The position numbers and the translations under genes are program-made. Of a DNA stretch of 64,000 bases, positions 44,950 to 53,765 are shown one piece after another. How positions within the stretch are numbered: the first letter of the stretch is position 1; the number at the start of each line of letters is the position of its first letter. The notes under the pieces were generated by a model. It searched no databases. It was given only the letters and a program-made list of their open reading frames with translations, and was not told the DNA's origin. The stretch covers positions 281 through 64,280 of the forward strand of contig JAUVHO010000006.1 in the NCBI GenBank assembly GCA_030593295.1, in the 5' to 3' direction. The DNA comes from Methanomassiliicoccales archaeon (GTDB lineage: Archaea; Thermoplasmatota; Thermoplasmata; RBG-16-68-12; SOIM01).

Positions 44950-45798
44950 CTAACCCATTTCCAGCGAGCCCACTCCAAAGATGCCGTCTTGGTCCATGAA
45001 GCTCTTGTCAGTTTCGAAGAACATGGCGACCACCTCGAAATCCTTGGTCAGGCCGTTCTCATTGACCATTTCAACTGCAGGTCCATTCTCCATGGGGACA
45101 GCCAAGGACTTCTCCTTGTCTCCCAGTGCTGAGAAGCAGTCCAGCAGAAGTGACTCTGCAAGGTCAGGGCTCTCGGGGTCGCAGACCCATGGGCCGATCT
45201 CGCACGCTTTTTGTGAACAGGACCCAGCGATGTAGCCGCGGACCTCCCCGTTTCCAGCCCAGAACATCAGGCCTGGGTCGTTCTTCGCAATCATGCTCAG
45301 AAGTCTCGCCCTATCTCCCGGGAAGTACTTCTGGTCAAGCGACACCATTGCCGGTAACGCCTCCATCACGAACTTCCTCGCTCCACTTTCGGCCGACTTC
45401 CGGCCAGATCCGGAGAACCTGCCCACCCTGAAGCTCTGCTCGAACCCGATCCCCTCATAGAATGAAATGGCATCCAGGTACGAGTAAAGCCCGATCGATT
45501 CGACCGATTCGCTTCGGAGATAGTCCACGGCGTGCGAGATCAGTTCCGAACCTATGTTCTGATTTCGGCGTTCAGATTTGACCACCACATTCCCTATCCA
45601 TGCCGTCCTGCCGTAGTTGATGGTTGTGAGCATGCCGACTTTCTCATCCTGAGCACGTGCGACAAAGCACCCCCTCGGCTCCATTTCGAGGATCTTGACG
45701 AAGTCCTCCTCCACATAGCCCCAACCCTCCTTGTCTGTGATTCCAACAGCGAAAGGAATGTCTTCAGGAGTCATATCTCCGATGTCCAATGGGATCAA
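44950..45798 (-). CDS. GNAT-family N-acetyltransferase (two-lobed)
   Basis: Sequence AWIGNVVVKSERRNQNIGSELISHAVDYL resembles the acetyl-CoA-binding motif A. TTG start at 45798 (an alternative ATG lies at 45774). Confidence 0.8.
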   Translation of the reverse strand: MIPLDIGDMTPEDIPFAVGITDKEGWGYVEEDFVKILEMEPRGCFVARAQDEKVGMLTTINYGRTAWIGNVVVKSERRNQNIGSELISHAVDYLRSESVESIGLYSYLDAISFYEGIGFEQSFRVGRFSGSGRKSAESGARKFVMEALPAMVSLDQKYFPGDRARLLSMIAKNDPGLMFWAGNGEVRGYIAGSCSQKACEIGPWVCDPESPDLAESLLLDCFSALGDKEKSLAVPMENGPAVEMVNENGLTKDFEVVAMFFETDKSFMDQDGIFGVGSLEMG

Positions 45799-45956
45799 CC
45801 TCCGATTCTGCCCTCTTCCTCGTCGCAGATATGGCTGCCGTGAGTTAGGTGTTTCTTATCCCCTCTCATGTGTTTTACCATGCAAGGGCCAAACTCGTCA
45901 CTCTCGGCTCCGTACCACTTGTTACAGTCCTTGCACCTCAACTCTATCTCGCTCAA
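45795..45956 (-). CDS. Possible 53-aa Cys/His-rich protein wedged between infB and the GNAT gene
   Basis: Manual translation gives (TTG)SEIELRCKDCNKWYGAESDEFGPCMVKHMRGDKKHLTHGSHICDEEEGRIGG. The TTG directly follows the infB TGA (TGATTG). Its TGA overlaps the GNAT TTG (TTGA). Confidence 0.35.
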   Translation of the reverse strand: MSEIELRCKDCNKWYGAESDEFGPCMVKHMRGDKKHLTHGSHICDEEEGRIGG

Positions 45957-47702
45957 TCACATCCCCCAGAACGGACTCTCCATTCGCTTGATCTCCTTGA
46001 CCTTCTCAAGCACTTCGATCTCATCAGCGGTCAGCTCCACCTTCTCCAGCGCCTTGGCGTGGGATTCCGGCAGGTCAACATAGAGAACGTCACCAACATT
46101 CATCTGCCTTCCGAATGTGACGCCCGCTACAGATATAGCGACCTCCGCTCCCGCTCTCGCTTCCTTCAGGCTCTTCTGTTCTTCCTGCACGCTCTTGATC
46201 TTGCCTAGGATCTTCCCGTCCTCCCTGAGGAGCTGTTGCTTGGGGCGGATTCTCCCAGATAGGACCCTGACACCGAAGATGGCCGGTTTGGAGACCCTGA
46301 AGCAGCAGTCTGGCAGAAGCAGCACCTTACCAGGATAGTTGATCTCCATCCTCTTCTCGGCTTCCAGTTCTCTCTTCTTCTCATCCTTCCAGGCAGAATA
46401 ATCATCGAGAAGCTTGTACACCACCCTGTTCTGGATGACATGTGCTCCCGATTTCATTATCTCCTCCTTGGCGTCTGGAAGCACATCTACATTGAAAGCC
46501 AGTATTGTTCTCTTGAGCGGGTCCTTGATCGTGGCGGCATCGATTACGTCTCTTCTGGAAACATCGCCGACCCTTCCGGATTTCAAAGGTATCTCGGCCG
46601 CTCTCAGCTCGTACGCGAGCGCTTCCAGGGAACCTATTGCATCAGCCTTTATTATCAGACCCTCCTCCTCGGTCGTGAGCTCGATGGATGTCTCATCCCG
46701 AACTCGTTTCTTGATCTCCTCAATGTCCTTGTATGCGACTATCAGGGGAGCACCAGCAACCGCGTTCTCGATATTCGCTGCAGTGATCTTGATTCCCGCG
46801 GCCGCACTCACACTGTCGACTGAAAGGAACTTGTCCTCCGGGTCCCTTATCTCGTCCAGTGGTTTTGGCTTGAGCAGGGCCCTCACCTTGGTCTCTATGG
46901 GCTCCCCTCTGCTGCCCAGAATGATCGTATCACCCTTCGCCAACGTACCTTTGTAGATGATCACATCCGCTGTCGGTCCCAGTCCCTTCTCCTCCTTGAC
47001 CTCGAGTATGGTACCCTCTCCGGGTCCCTCTTCGGTCTCAAGACCCTTCTCCAGGTACTTCTGGGCCAGACCTATCAGGATGAGCAGCACGTCCGGGATA
47101 CCCTGTTTGAACTTGGCGCTCACAGGAATGATCCCAACGTTGGCGGTGAAGTCGGTCACCCTATCGTAACGATCTCCCGGCAGTCCTAGGTCGTACAGTT
47201 TCCCGACCATGTCGTATATCAGCTCATCGAGCCTCTTCTTGGCCGATTCTGGCTGCTTTTCAAGCGCTTCCACGAAAACAACGTCCTTCACCTTCCGCCA
47301 GCCTGGTATCCGATCGACCTTGTTGGCGACTATGACGAAAGGTGTCTTATGCATCTTCAGGATCCTTATGGACTCCAGGGTCTGTGGCATGAACCCTTCC
47401 ATGATATCCACCACCAGCAAGGCTATGTCTGCCAGTGCCCCGCCTCTAGCCCTCAGCGTGACAAAAGAATGATGTCCCGGAGTATCGATGAAAAGAAGGC
47501 CTGGAACCCTGAACTCGTCGCCTCCGGTCAGAGGCTCACAAGCCTCAATTATCGTCTCCAAGGGGACCTCGGTCGCTCCTATGTGCTGGGTTATCGCTCC
47601 AGCCTCTCTCGACACAACGGCAGTTCCCCTAATGGCATCCAGAATAGTCGTCTTTCCATGATCAACATGGCCGAGCACGCTGACTATGGGTTGTCTTATC
47701 AT
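45957..47702 (-). CDS. infB: Translation initiation factor aIF5B (IF-2)
   Basis: Motifs PIVSVLGHVDHGKTT, DTPGH and NKVD. The start is set at the internal Met (MIRQPIV), which has a GGTGGTGGG SD. The track ORF extends to 47747 and would overlap ndk. Confidence 0.95.
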   Translation of the reverse strand: MIRQPIVSVLGHVDHGKTTILDAIRGTAVVSREAGAITQHIGATEVPLETIIEACEPLTGGDEFRVPGLLFIDTPGHHSFVTLRARGGALADIALLVVDIMEGFMPQTLESIRILKMHKTPFVIVANKVDRIPGWRKVKDVVFVEALEKQPESAKKRLDELIYDMVGKLYDLGLPGDRYDRVTDFTANVGIIPVSAKFKQGIPDVLLILIGLAQKYLEKGLETEEGPGEGTILEVKEEKGLGPTADVIIYKGTLAKGDTIILGSRGEPIETKVRALLKPKPLDEIRDPEDKFLSVDSVSAAAGIKITAANIENAVAGAPLIVAYKDIEEIKKRVRDETSIELTTEEEGLIIKADAIGSLEALAYELRAAEIPLKSGRVGDVSRRDVIDAATIKDPLKRTILAFNVDVLPDAKEEIMKSGAHVIQNRVVYKLLDDYSAWKDEKKRELEAEKRMEINYPGKVLLLPDCCFRVSKPAIFGVRVLSGRIRPKQQLLREDGKILGKIKSVQEEQKSLKEARAGAEVAISVAGVTFGRQMNVGDVLYVDLPESHAKALEKVELTADEIEVLEKVKEIKRMESPFWGM

Positions 47703-47743
47703 TCTGACCCACCACCTAGAATATGGAATAATCGTATCTTGGA

Positions 47744-48202
47744 TCACTCACCGTACAGCCAGTCCTCATCGATCTTCGTGTAGTTGGTGATTTCTTCCTC
47801 TGTGAAGAACTGTGAGATCTCCCGTTCGGCCGAGGTCAAAGAATCAGAACCGTGGATTAGGTTCCTGCCGACATGCAGTCCGAAGTCGCCGCGTATCGTA
47901 CCTTGATCAGCATCAATGGGGTTCGTGGCTCCCATCATCTTCCTTGCGACCTTGACCGCCTGGTCACCTTCCAGGACCATCGCGACCGACGGACCAGATG
48001 TGATGTATTTTGTCAGAGGTTCAAAGAAAGGTTTGCCAATGTGCTCCGAATAGTACGACTTCGCCAGGTCCTCGCTGACGACCACCATCTTCAAGGCCAC
48101 TATCTTCAGCCCTTTCCTTTCGAACCTGGAAACGATGCCGCCGATGAACCCCCTCTGGACCCCGTCCGGTTTGATCAGCGAGAACGTCCTCTCTTTGGTC
48201 AT
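47744..48202 (-). CDS. ndk: Nucleoside diphosphate kinase
   Basis: Motifs ERTFSLIKPDGVQRG and NLIHGSDS. Confidence 0.95.
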   Translation of the reverse strand: MTKERTFSLIKPDGVQRGFIGGIVSRFERKGLKIVALKMVVVSEDLAKSYYSEHIGKPFFEPLTKYITSGPSVAMVLEGDQAVKVARKMMGATNPIDADQGTIRGDFGLHVGRNLIHGSDSLTSAEREISQFFTEEEITNYTKIDEDWLYGE

Positions 48203-48206
48203 GACA

Positions 48207-48530
48207 TCACGTCTCTTCCTCGGGCTCAGGTTCTTCCTTCTTCTTGGGCTTTGCAGGTTTCTTCGCGGGCTTCTTTGCCCGGACCTTCTTCGCGGGCTTC
48301 TTCTTTTTCTCAGCCTTCTCTTTTCTTTCTGGAGCCAGCCGGACAGCTTTCATCTCGGCGTATCTGGTCGTCCATCTGGTCCTGTGCGGGACCCGTCCAA
48401 GTTTCAGAAGGTTCTTTTGACATTTGTTCTGGCAGAAGTAGAACACTGTTCCATCCTTTTTGATGAACATCTTCCCGGTACCGGGTTCTATATCATTTCC
48501 GCAAAAGGAGCAAGTACGTCTTTCCACCAT
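48207..48530 (-). CDS. rpl24e: 50S ribosomal protein L24e with a Lys-rich C-terminal extension
   Basis: Sequence CSFCGNDIEPGTGKMFIKKDGTVFYFCQNKCQKN, then the tail KAEKKKKPAKKVRAKKPAKKPAKPKKKEEPEPEEET. Confidence 0.9.
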   Translation of the reverse strand: MVERRTCSFCGNDIEPGTGKMFIKKDGTVFYFCQNKCQKNLLKLGRVPHRTRWTTRYAEMKAVRLAPERKEKAEKKKKPAKKVRAKKPAKKPAKPKKKEEPEPEEET

Positions 48531-48539
48531 ATCTGATAC

Positions 48540-48749
48540 CTACCTGATGGAGAGCTTTCTCGCCTCTCTCGAGGTCTCCCGAAGCATGAGCACGTCGCCC
48601 AATTGGACGGCGCCCTTGACGTTCCGGGTGATGATTCTCCCCTTGTCTCTGCCATCCAAAACCCTGACCTTCACCTGCATGGCCTCGCCGGTCATCCCTG
48701 TTCTTCCGATGATTTCGACCACCTCGGCCGGTATGCTTTCCCTGACCAT
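48540..48749 (-). CDS. rps28e: 30S ribosomal protein S28e
   Basis: Sequence [39 protein letters not shown]. Confidence 0.95.
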   Translation of the reverse strand: MVRESIPAEVVEIIGRTGMTGEAMQVKVRVLDGRDKGRIITRNVKGAVQLGDVLMLRETSREARKLSIR

Positions 48750-48754
48750 CTATC

Positions 48755-49126
48755 TCACTTCGTCAGACCCTTCAGCTGTTTCACAACATCGCCCAGCATG
48801 GGCTTGGCCTTTCCTAGATCCGTGATGGAGACCGACGCTGTGGCCTTCCCCAATCCCGAAGCTACTCCGAGCTCCTGCTTGCTGGGTACGTAGGCGTAGG
48901 GTATTCCCTTCTCCTCGCAAAGAAGAGGCATATGCGCAAGTATCTCTTGGGGGTCGACGTCCTCAGCCATAACGACGAAAACGGCTTCTCCCCTTTCCAC
49001 GATCTTGGTCACTTCGTTCGTTCCTTTTCTGACCTTTCCAGAATCTCGGGCCAACTCCACTATCTGGTACGTTTTATCTATCAGATCTTCTGGCATTTCG
49101 AATCTGACATACATAGGTTTAGCCAT
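48755..49126 (-). CDS. rpl7ae: 50S ribosomal protein L7Ae
   Basis: Motifs KVRKGTNEVTKIVERGEA and VVMAEDVDPQEI. GGAGGTG SD 4 nt upstream. Confidence 0.95.
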   Translation of the reverse strand: MAKPMYVRFEMPEDLIDKTYQIVELARDSGKVRKGTNEVTKIVERGEAVFVVMAEDVDPQEILAHMPLLCEEKGIPYAYVPSKQELGVASGLGKATASVSITDLGKAKPMLGDVVKQLKGLTK

Positions 49127-49138
49127 GTTGCACCTCCT

Positions 49139-49166
49139 TCAGTTCTTCCGAACTTCATCACTCATC
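49139..49166 (-). promoter_or_regulatory. C-box/D-box-like (candidate K-turn) element in the rpl7ae 5' leader, abutting the SD
   Basis: The minus-strand leader reads ...GCCGAUGAGUGAUGAAGUUCGGAAGAACUGAAGGAGGUGCAACAUG. GUGAUGA lies at the complement of 49155-49161 and CUGA at the complement of 49139-49142, 1 nt from GGAGGUG. AGUUC/GAACU can pair around a GGAA loop. A TATA-like AT tract lies at 49205-49216. Confidence 0.4.
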
Positions 49167-49218
49167 GGCTCATAGAAGAGCGGGGACATTCGAATTCATA
49201 TTGGATATAAAAATATTC

Positions 49219-50040
49219 CTATGATTCCAGTGTGTCTTCAGGCCCGAATCCTCCTATCTCCTTTAGGACGTCGAAACGGGTGTCGCGGATGGTCGGTCTA
49301 CCCTCCCTTGAAGCGGGGAGTTCTCCCAAGTCGATATCGCACTCGATCACATCTTCTTCGTAATATTTCCCCTTGGCCTTCTCATCACCTCTCGGACCGA
49401 TGACGAAGCTACCTCCGTGGTAGACCATGTTGAGCTCTGTGCCCACTAGATTGCAGTACAGCACGAAGACGGTGTTCTCGATCGCTCTTGCTGGCAACAC
49501 AGCCTCGAACATCGGACGGCTGGATGACGGGGAACCGGATATGCAGGCAATGATGTCTGCCCCTTGGAGGGCGTATATCTTCGACAGCTCAGGGAAGAAG
49601 GAATCGAAGCAGATGATCGGGCCTATGCTTCCGATGTCAGTCTCAAATGGAGACAGGTCCTTTCCCCTACCGAAGTACAACTGCTCCTCGAATGGGCCGA
49701 ACGTCGCCAGATGGAGCTTCCTGTATACGCTGGTCTCTCTTTTGGGTGTTACCAGAACAGCGCTGTTGTAGACCACCTTCGTCTTCTCATCGAGCTCAGG
49801 CATGCCGAACAATATGTGCGCTCCGCTTGAGCTGGCGATATCCTTCACGGCACTGACGGACTCTCCATCGATGGTCTCTGCCAGCCTCGCCGTATCGGTC
49901 CTGACCATGTAGCCAGTGAGAAAAAGTTCCCCGAAGAGAGCAAGGTCTACATCCCTTCCTTCGAGTGCTCCCTTCATCTTCCCTACATTCTTCTCCTTTT
50001 CTCCCAGTTCCGGCGCGAGTTGCCCGAGAAGGACTTTCAT
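49219..50040 (-). CDS. Carbon-nitrogen hydrolase (nitrilase superfamily)
   Basis: The E-K-C triad contexts are FGELFLTGY, YRKLHLATF and ICFDSFFPE. The start is set at the internal Met (MKVLLGQ) because the track ORF start (50151) overlaps tRNA-Glu. Confidence 0.85.
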   Translation of the reverse strand: MKVLLGQLAPELGEKEKNVGKMKGALEGRDVDLALFGELFLTGYMVRTDTARLAETIDGESVSAVKDIASSSGAHILFGMPELDEKTKVVYNSAVLVTPKRETSVYRKLHLATFGPFEEQLYFGRGKDLSPFETDIGSIGPIICFDSFFPELSKIYALQGADIIACISGSPSSSRPMFEAVLPARAIENTVFVLYCNLVGTELNMVYHGGSFVIGPRGDEKAKGKYYEEDVIECDIDLGELPASREGRPTIRDTRFDVLKEIGGFGPEDTLES

Positions 50041-50127
50041 GAGCGAGAGAATGTCGCCCCCTTTCTTTATCCTTATGGTGCCCCAAATGCCAACCTTTTT
50101 TAGTTGGTTGGCTGTTCGGATTCTGGC

Positions 50128-50202
50128 GCTCCCGTAGTGTAGCCCGGCCAATCATGGAGGCCTCTCGAGCCTTTGACAGGGGTTCAAATCCCCTCGGGAG
50201 CA
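50128..50202 (+). tRNA. tRNA-Glu (CTC)
   Basis: Acceptor GCTCCCG/CGGGAGC, GGCCAATCAT D region typical of archaeal tRNA-Glu, anticodon stem GAGGC/GCCTT with loop CTCTCGA, T arm AGGGG TTCAAAT CCCCT. Confidence 0.85.
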
Positions 50203-50214
50203 CTTCTCTTTTTC
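50203..50214 (+). terminator. Oligo-T tract after tRNA-Glu
   Basis: CTTCTCTTTTTC immediately follows the tRNA 3' end. Confidence 0.35.
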
Positions 50215-50228
50215 TGGAATGTCTCCAA

Positions 50229-53200
50229 TCAAGGTGTGAGGTCGAAAGTCCTCGATGTGGTCCCACCATCGTCGTCTGTAACGGTCAGCGTTATGGTGTA
50301 GGTCCCCGGACTGTCGTAGACGTGCATTTTAGCATCTGTTGCCGCCATTGGGTTGATATCTGGCGATGGATATGGATCTGGGCTCATACCGTTATTATAG
50401 TATGTCGTGACGTCGGATGACGTGTCTCCCCAATCCCATTCGAAGGTGAGATCATCGCTTCCCGCATCACTTGCCGAGGCCTCGAAGTATATTGGCAGAC
50501 CCGTGGCATCTATGTATGGACAGAAATCTGGTATCGTCCAGGTCCATGTATCAGGATGTTTGATGTTGAAGGTATGATCGAGCCATACTTCTCGTCCGTC
50601 CTCGAAGGTCAGTATCAACCACACTGGGGTCGATCCCCAAGGCCTGCCATTCATGGCATCATCCGTGGGCATGTAGTCCACAACCGCTGAAGAATCGCAG
50701 GCCAGGATATCCATTTCAATGCCGTAGACAGTCATTGACTGGTCATCTGGAGCACCTGGATATCGGATGACGTAGGCTGTCCCGACAACGGTCGAATCCT
50801 CATACAGCGTTAGGTCGACGTCGTGCCATTTCTCACCGGTTGCTCTGAGGGTCACGTCCACCAGGACATAGGCCTCTATGGTGGGATCGATCCTCGGGTC
50901 CACGTTGTCGATTGTCAGCGGAGTAGTCACAACCGTAACTCCACCATCATCATCTGTCACAGTCAATGTGACTTGATAGACTCCGTTGTCCCCGTATTGA
51001 CAATCCCTGGGTTCGGTAATGTCCCTAGGGTTGACCGTAGGACTTGGGAATGGATCTGGCCCTACCAATATGTCGTTCAGGTATGTTGTGGTCGAGTCAC
51101 AAACACCCATCATGTCCCAGGTCCAATCGAATGTTAGATCGTCCGAACCGGGATCAGTAGCATGGCCGAACATTGTGGCAACAACGAATTCCTCGCTTGT
51201 CTCTGGAGGCAGGCTCACAATGGGTGCCACGTTGTGAACGGTCACCGTCATTGAGTCCATTCCTGTCTCGGTGGAATCATCCGTCACTGTGAGGGTAACG
51301 ATGTAGACGCCATTGTCACCGTATATGTGAGTTGGCGACACACCAGTTCCCACACCTCCATCGCCGAAGGTCCAATCGTATGAAACAATCGTTCCGTCAG
51401 GATCAAATGAGCCGGCTCCACTGAAGGTCACAACGTCTCCTTCATCCACTATCTGATTCACTCCTGCGTCCGCCGTTGGTGGGATGTTCATGCTGAAGTA
51501 ATCGGACGTTGTGAAACCACTACATTCGTAGGGATCGCAAGCCTTCACTCTCCATGCGCCCCACTCGCCATCATCCCATGTCCAGTGGTCCAGAACACCT
51601 GATGTTCCTGTGGTCGTGAAGTCCAGTTCCCATGTGTTGAAGGTCGCGTCCTTCGAATACACATAGTATGTAACGACATCGTCGGTGCCGTAGTCATTGT
51701 TTCCAGTGCTTGCCGTCCACGAGACGGTGGGTGTATGGTCGATTAGGTTGCTTCCAAGGTCCGTCGGATTGGTCGGAGTATCTGGTGGGTCGTTCATTGC
51801 GAACAGGTCGGAGGACGAGTACGAGGACCACTCAAGGCCGTCCCACGCTCTCACCTTCCATCTACCGGATTCGCCATCATCCCATGTCCATCGGTTCAGA
51901 GATCCCGATGTACCAGTTGTGGTCAGATCTTCGTCATATGTGTTGATGGTCTCGTCCTTGGAATATACGTAATAGGTAACGGTGTCCTCGCTGTCAGGGT
52001 CCCCCGTGTTGCTCCAGTAGACCGGTGGTGTGTGATCGGTTTCCCTGAGGCTGAGGTCCTTCAGACCTGAGGGCGTATTCGGCGCTGTGTTGTAGTTTAT
52101 CGTGTTCTGGTATATGGCTGCCTTTGCATCCTGTGCTATTGAACTGTGGTCACCCTTGAAATAATCCCAATATTCCGAGAACTTGTGATCATTCTGCTCC
52201 TCAAGCGAGTCCCAAATCTCGATAATACCTTCTGAGATGGTATCGTCGCCGTCATCGACGCTGTCCCATATATCGTAAAGCGCTCCAGCCACACGACCTT
52301 CGACGTCATCTCCGTCGTCCCAATTGGCAGATCCCCATGTAGGTGGTTCAAAGTCAAGTGCATACTCATTCCTGTATGTCAGTACCGAATCATCGTATAC
52401 AGCCAACGGCAGGAAATTGGCCCATCCTTCGGTCCATGCGCAGTTCTGATGAGACGACCCTCTGAGATAGTGAGGATCGGGGCAGTGAGTGGTTGGCATC
52501 CAATCTCCGTAGACGACCCACATCGTGTTGTGTCCATATTCATGAACGACTATGTCGGGACTGAATGCGGCATCATTGTCCCCAATGTGGATATTGCCGT
52601 CGCGGTGGTAGTGCGGCCAGGTCCCCTCAGGGAATTCGGTAGTAGATTTCTCCATCTCGTAACTTGGGCCATGATTCATGAGATAGTCCCAGCCATCAGT
52701 GATTGCATCGAAGATGCACCATGCCCCTTCCTCTCCCGTGGGCGGTCCCCAATCTCCTATATCAAGCGTTCCGTCAGGGCGATTGGCGTATTCAGAAGTC
52801 CAGCCGTCGTAGGTGCCGCCATTCCTTACACGAGCAGCACTGGTTTCGAGATAAGCCCTCACCTTAATGTCGTATCCATTCTGAAACGCTCCATCGTCGT
52901 TTTCTACCGGGCCCCATGAGAATCTACCATCAGCGCCCGTGAGAGTGCTTCCCAGATGCTCGTTGCCCCACCATTCATCATCGTAGATGTGAACTGTCGC
53001 CCATCTTAATGGCTGCCAGTCGTCATTCTCATCAATGAACCACCATCGACCGATGACAGTAATGGTACCTGGACTATTGGGGTCTGGGTCTTCCACATAA
53101 CCAACAGCCGAAACAGTCTCTCCTTCTGGACTCACGGGACTGGGTATGCCCACGAGCTCATGCTCTTCCATGTAAGATATTGGCTCCACGGTTCCTAGTT

Positions 53201-53765
53201 CGGAAGCGTCCAGAGGTACTGCCATCGCGGGGTTGTCAGGATCCCTCGGACTTCGACTCAACTGCGAACCTCCGTCAGATGTCTTGAGCTTCAACCAGTA
53301 CCATTCGATGGCTGGGTCGCCGCTCAATCCCAGTAGATAATCCTCATCTGTGGCCAGATCCTTGCTGACCTTGAACTCGTCGCCCGCCGACAGCCTATTG
53401 TCACTGTCCTTGTCCTTGTAGCTCACAAATCTCGTGGCGTCGATGACTCCATTCTCAATCGTGGAGATATCCTCGGCACCAGCGGCTGGATAGACAATCT
53501 CATTATTGGTCCAGATTGCGTATTTGGTGGTCAAATCGTAGTCGCTGGAATCCTCGCCAAATATCGACACTATTTCCACTACGTAGAGTCCATTGCTCTC
53601 CGACACTCTGTACTCGAATGGATGTGCCTGTCGCGTCGTTGAGTCGTCTTCCCCGTTTCTGGGAAGCAACATGATGGTAAAAGCAGCCGCCAATATCACT
53701 ACCAGCAGGACCACCATCAACTTCTTCCCGATCTTTCCCTTGCTCTCTTTGTCATTCATCATCAT
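50229..53765 (-). CDS. Giant membrane-anchored/secreted zinc metalloprotease (HExxH gluzincin-like) with FN3-like and three PKD-like domains
   Basis: N-terminal anchor KKLMVVLLVVILAAAFTIMLL. HEYGH at the complement of 52530-52544, followed by TEGWANF. PKD-like segments FDPDGTIVSYDWTFGDGG...YGDNGVYIVTLTVTDD, YGDNGVYQVTLTVTDDDGG and FEWDWGD...PGTYTITLTVTDDDGG. Confidence 0.85.
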   Translation of the reverse strand: MMMNDKESKGKIGKKLMVVLLVVILAAAFTIMLLPRNGEDDSTTRQAHPFEYRVSESNGLYVVEIVSIFGEDSSDYDLTTKYAIWTNNEIVYPAAGAEDISTIENGVIDATRFVSYKDKDSDNRLSAGDEFKVSKDLATDEDYLLGLSGDPAIEWYWLKLKTSDGGSQLSRSPRDPDNPAMAVPLDASELGTVEPISYMEEHELVGIPSPVSPEGETVSAVGYVEDPDPNSPGTITVIGRWWFIDENDDWQPLRWATVHIYDDEWWGNEHLGSTLTGADGRFSWGPVENDDGAFQNGYDIKVRAYLETSAARVRNGGTYDGWTSEYANRPDGTLDIGDWGPPTGEEGAWCIFDAITDGWDYLMNHGPSYEMEKSTTEFPEGTWPHYHRDGNIHIGDNDAAFSPDIVVHEYGHNTMWVVYGDWMPTTHCPDPHYLRGSSHQNCAWTEGWANFLPLAVYDDSVLTYRNEYALDFEPPTWGSANWDDGDDVEGRVAGALYDIWDSVDDGDDTISEGIIEIWDSLEEQNDHKFSEYWDYFKGDHSSIAQDAKAAIYQNTINYNTAPNTPSGLKDLSLRETDHTPPVYWSNTGDPDSEDTVTYYVYSKDETINTYDEDLTTTGTSGSLNRWTWDDGESGRWKVRAWDGLEWSSYSSSDLFAMNDPPDTPTNPTDLGSNLIDHTPTVSWTASTGNNDYGTDDVVTYYVYSKDATFNTWELDFTTTGTSGVLDHWTWDDGEWGAWRVKACDPYECSGFTTSDYFSMNIPPTADAGVNQIVDEGDVVTFSGAGSFDPDGTIVSYDWTFGDGGVGTGVSPTHIYGDNGVYIVTLTVTDDSTETGMDSMTVTVHNVAPIVSLPPETSEEFVVATMFGHATDPGSDDLTFDWTWDMMGVCDSTTTYLNDILVGPDPFPSPTVNPRDITEPRDCQYGDNGVYQVTLTVTDDDGGVTVVTTPLTIDNVDPRIDPTIEAYVLVDVTLRATGEKWHDVDLTLYEDSTVVGTAYVIRYPGAPDDQSMTVYGIEMDILACDSSAVVDYMPTDDAMNGRPWGSTPVWLILTFEDGREVWLDHTFNIKHPDTWTWTIPDFCPYIDATGLPIYFEASASDAGSDDLTFEWDWGDTSSDVTTYYNNGMSPDPYPSPDINPMAATDAKMHVYDSPGTYTITLTVTDDDGGTTSRTFDLTP

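Noticed and set aside
50041-50151. N-terminal extension of the nitrilase-family ORF. Similar upstream extensions occur in track ORFs 29823, 47747, 7167, 39267 and 16545
   Set aside because: The extension overlaps tRNA-Glu. In the other cases it overlaps the preceding gene or lacks an SD. Internal starts with SD motifs reproduce canonical N-termini.
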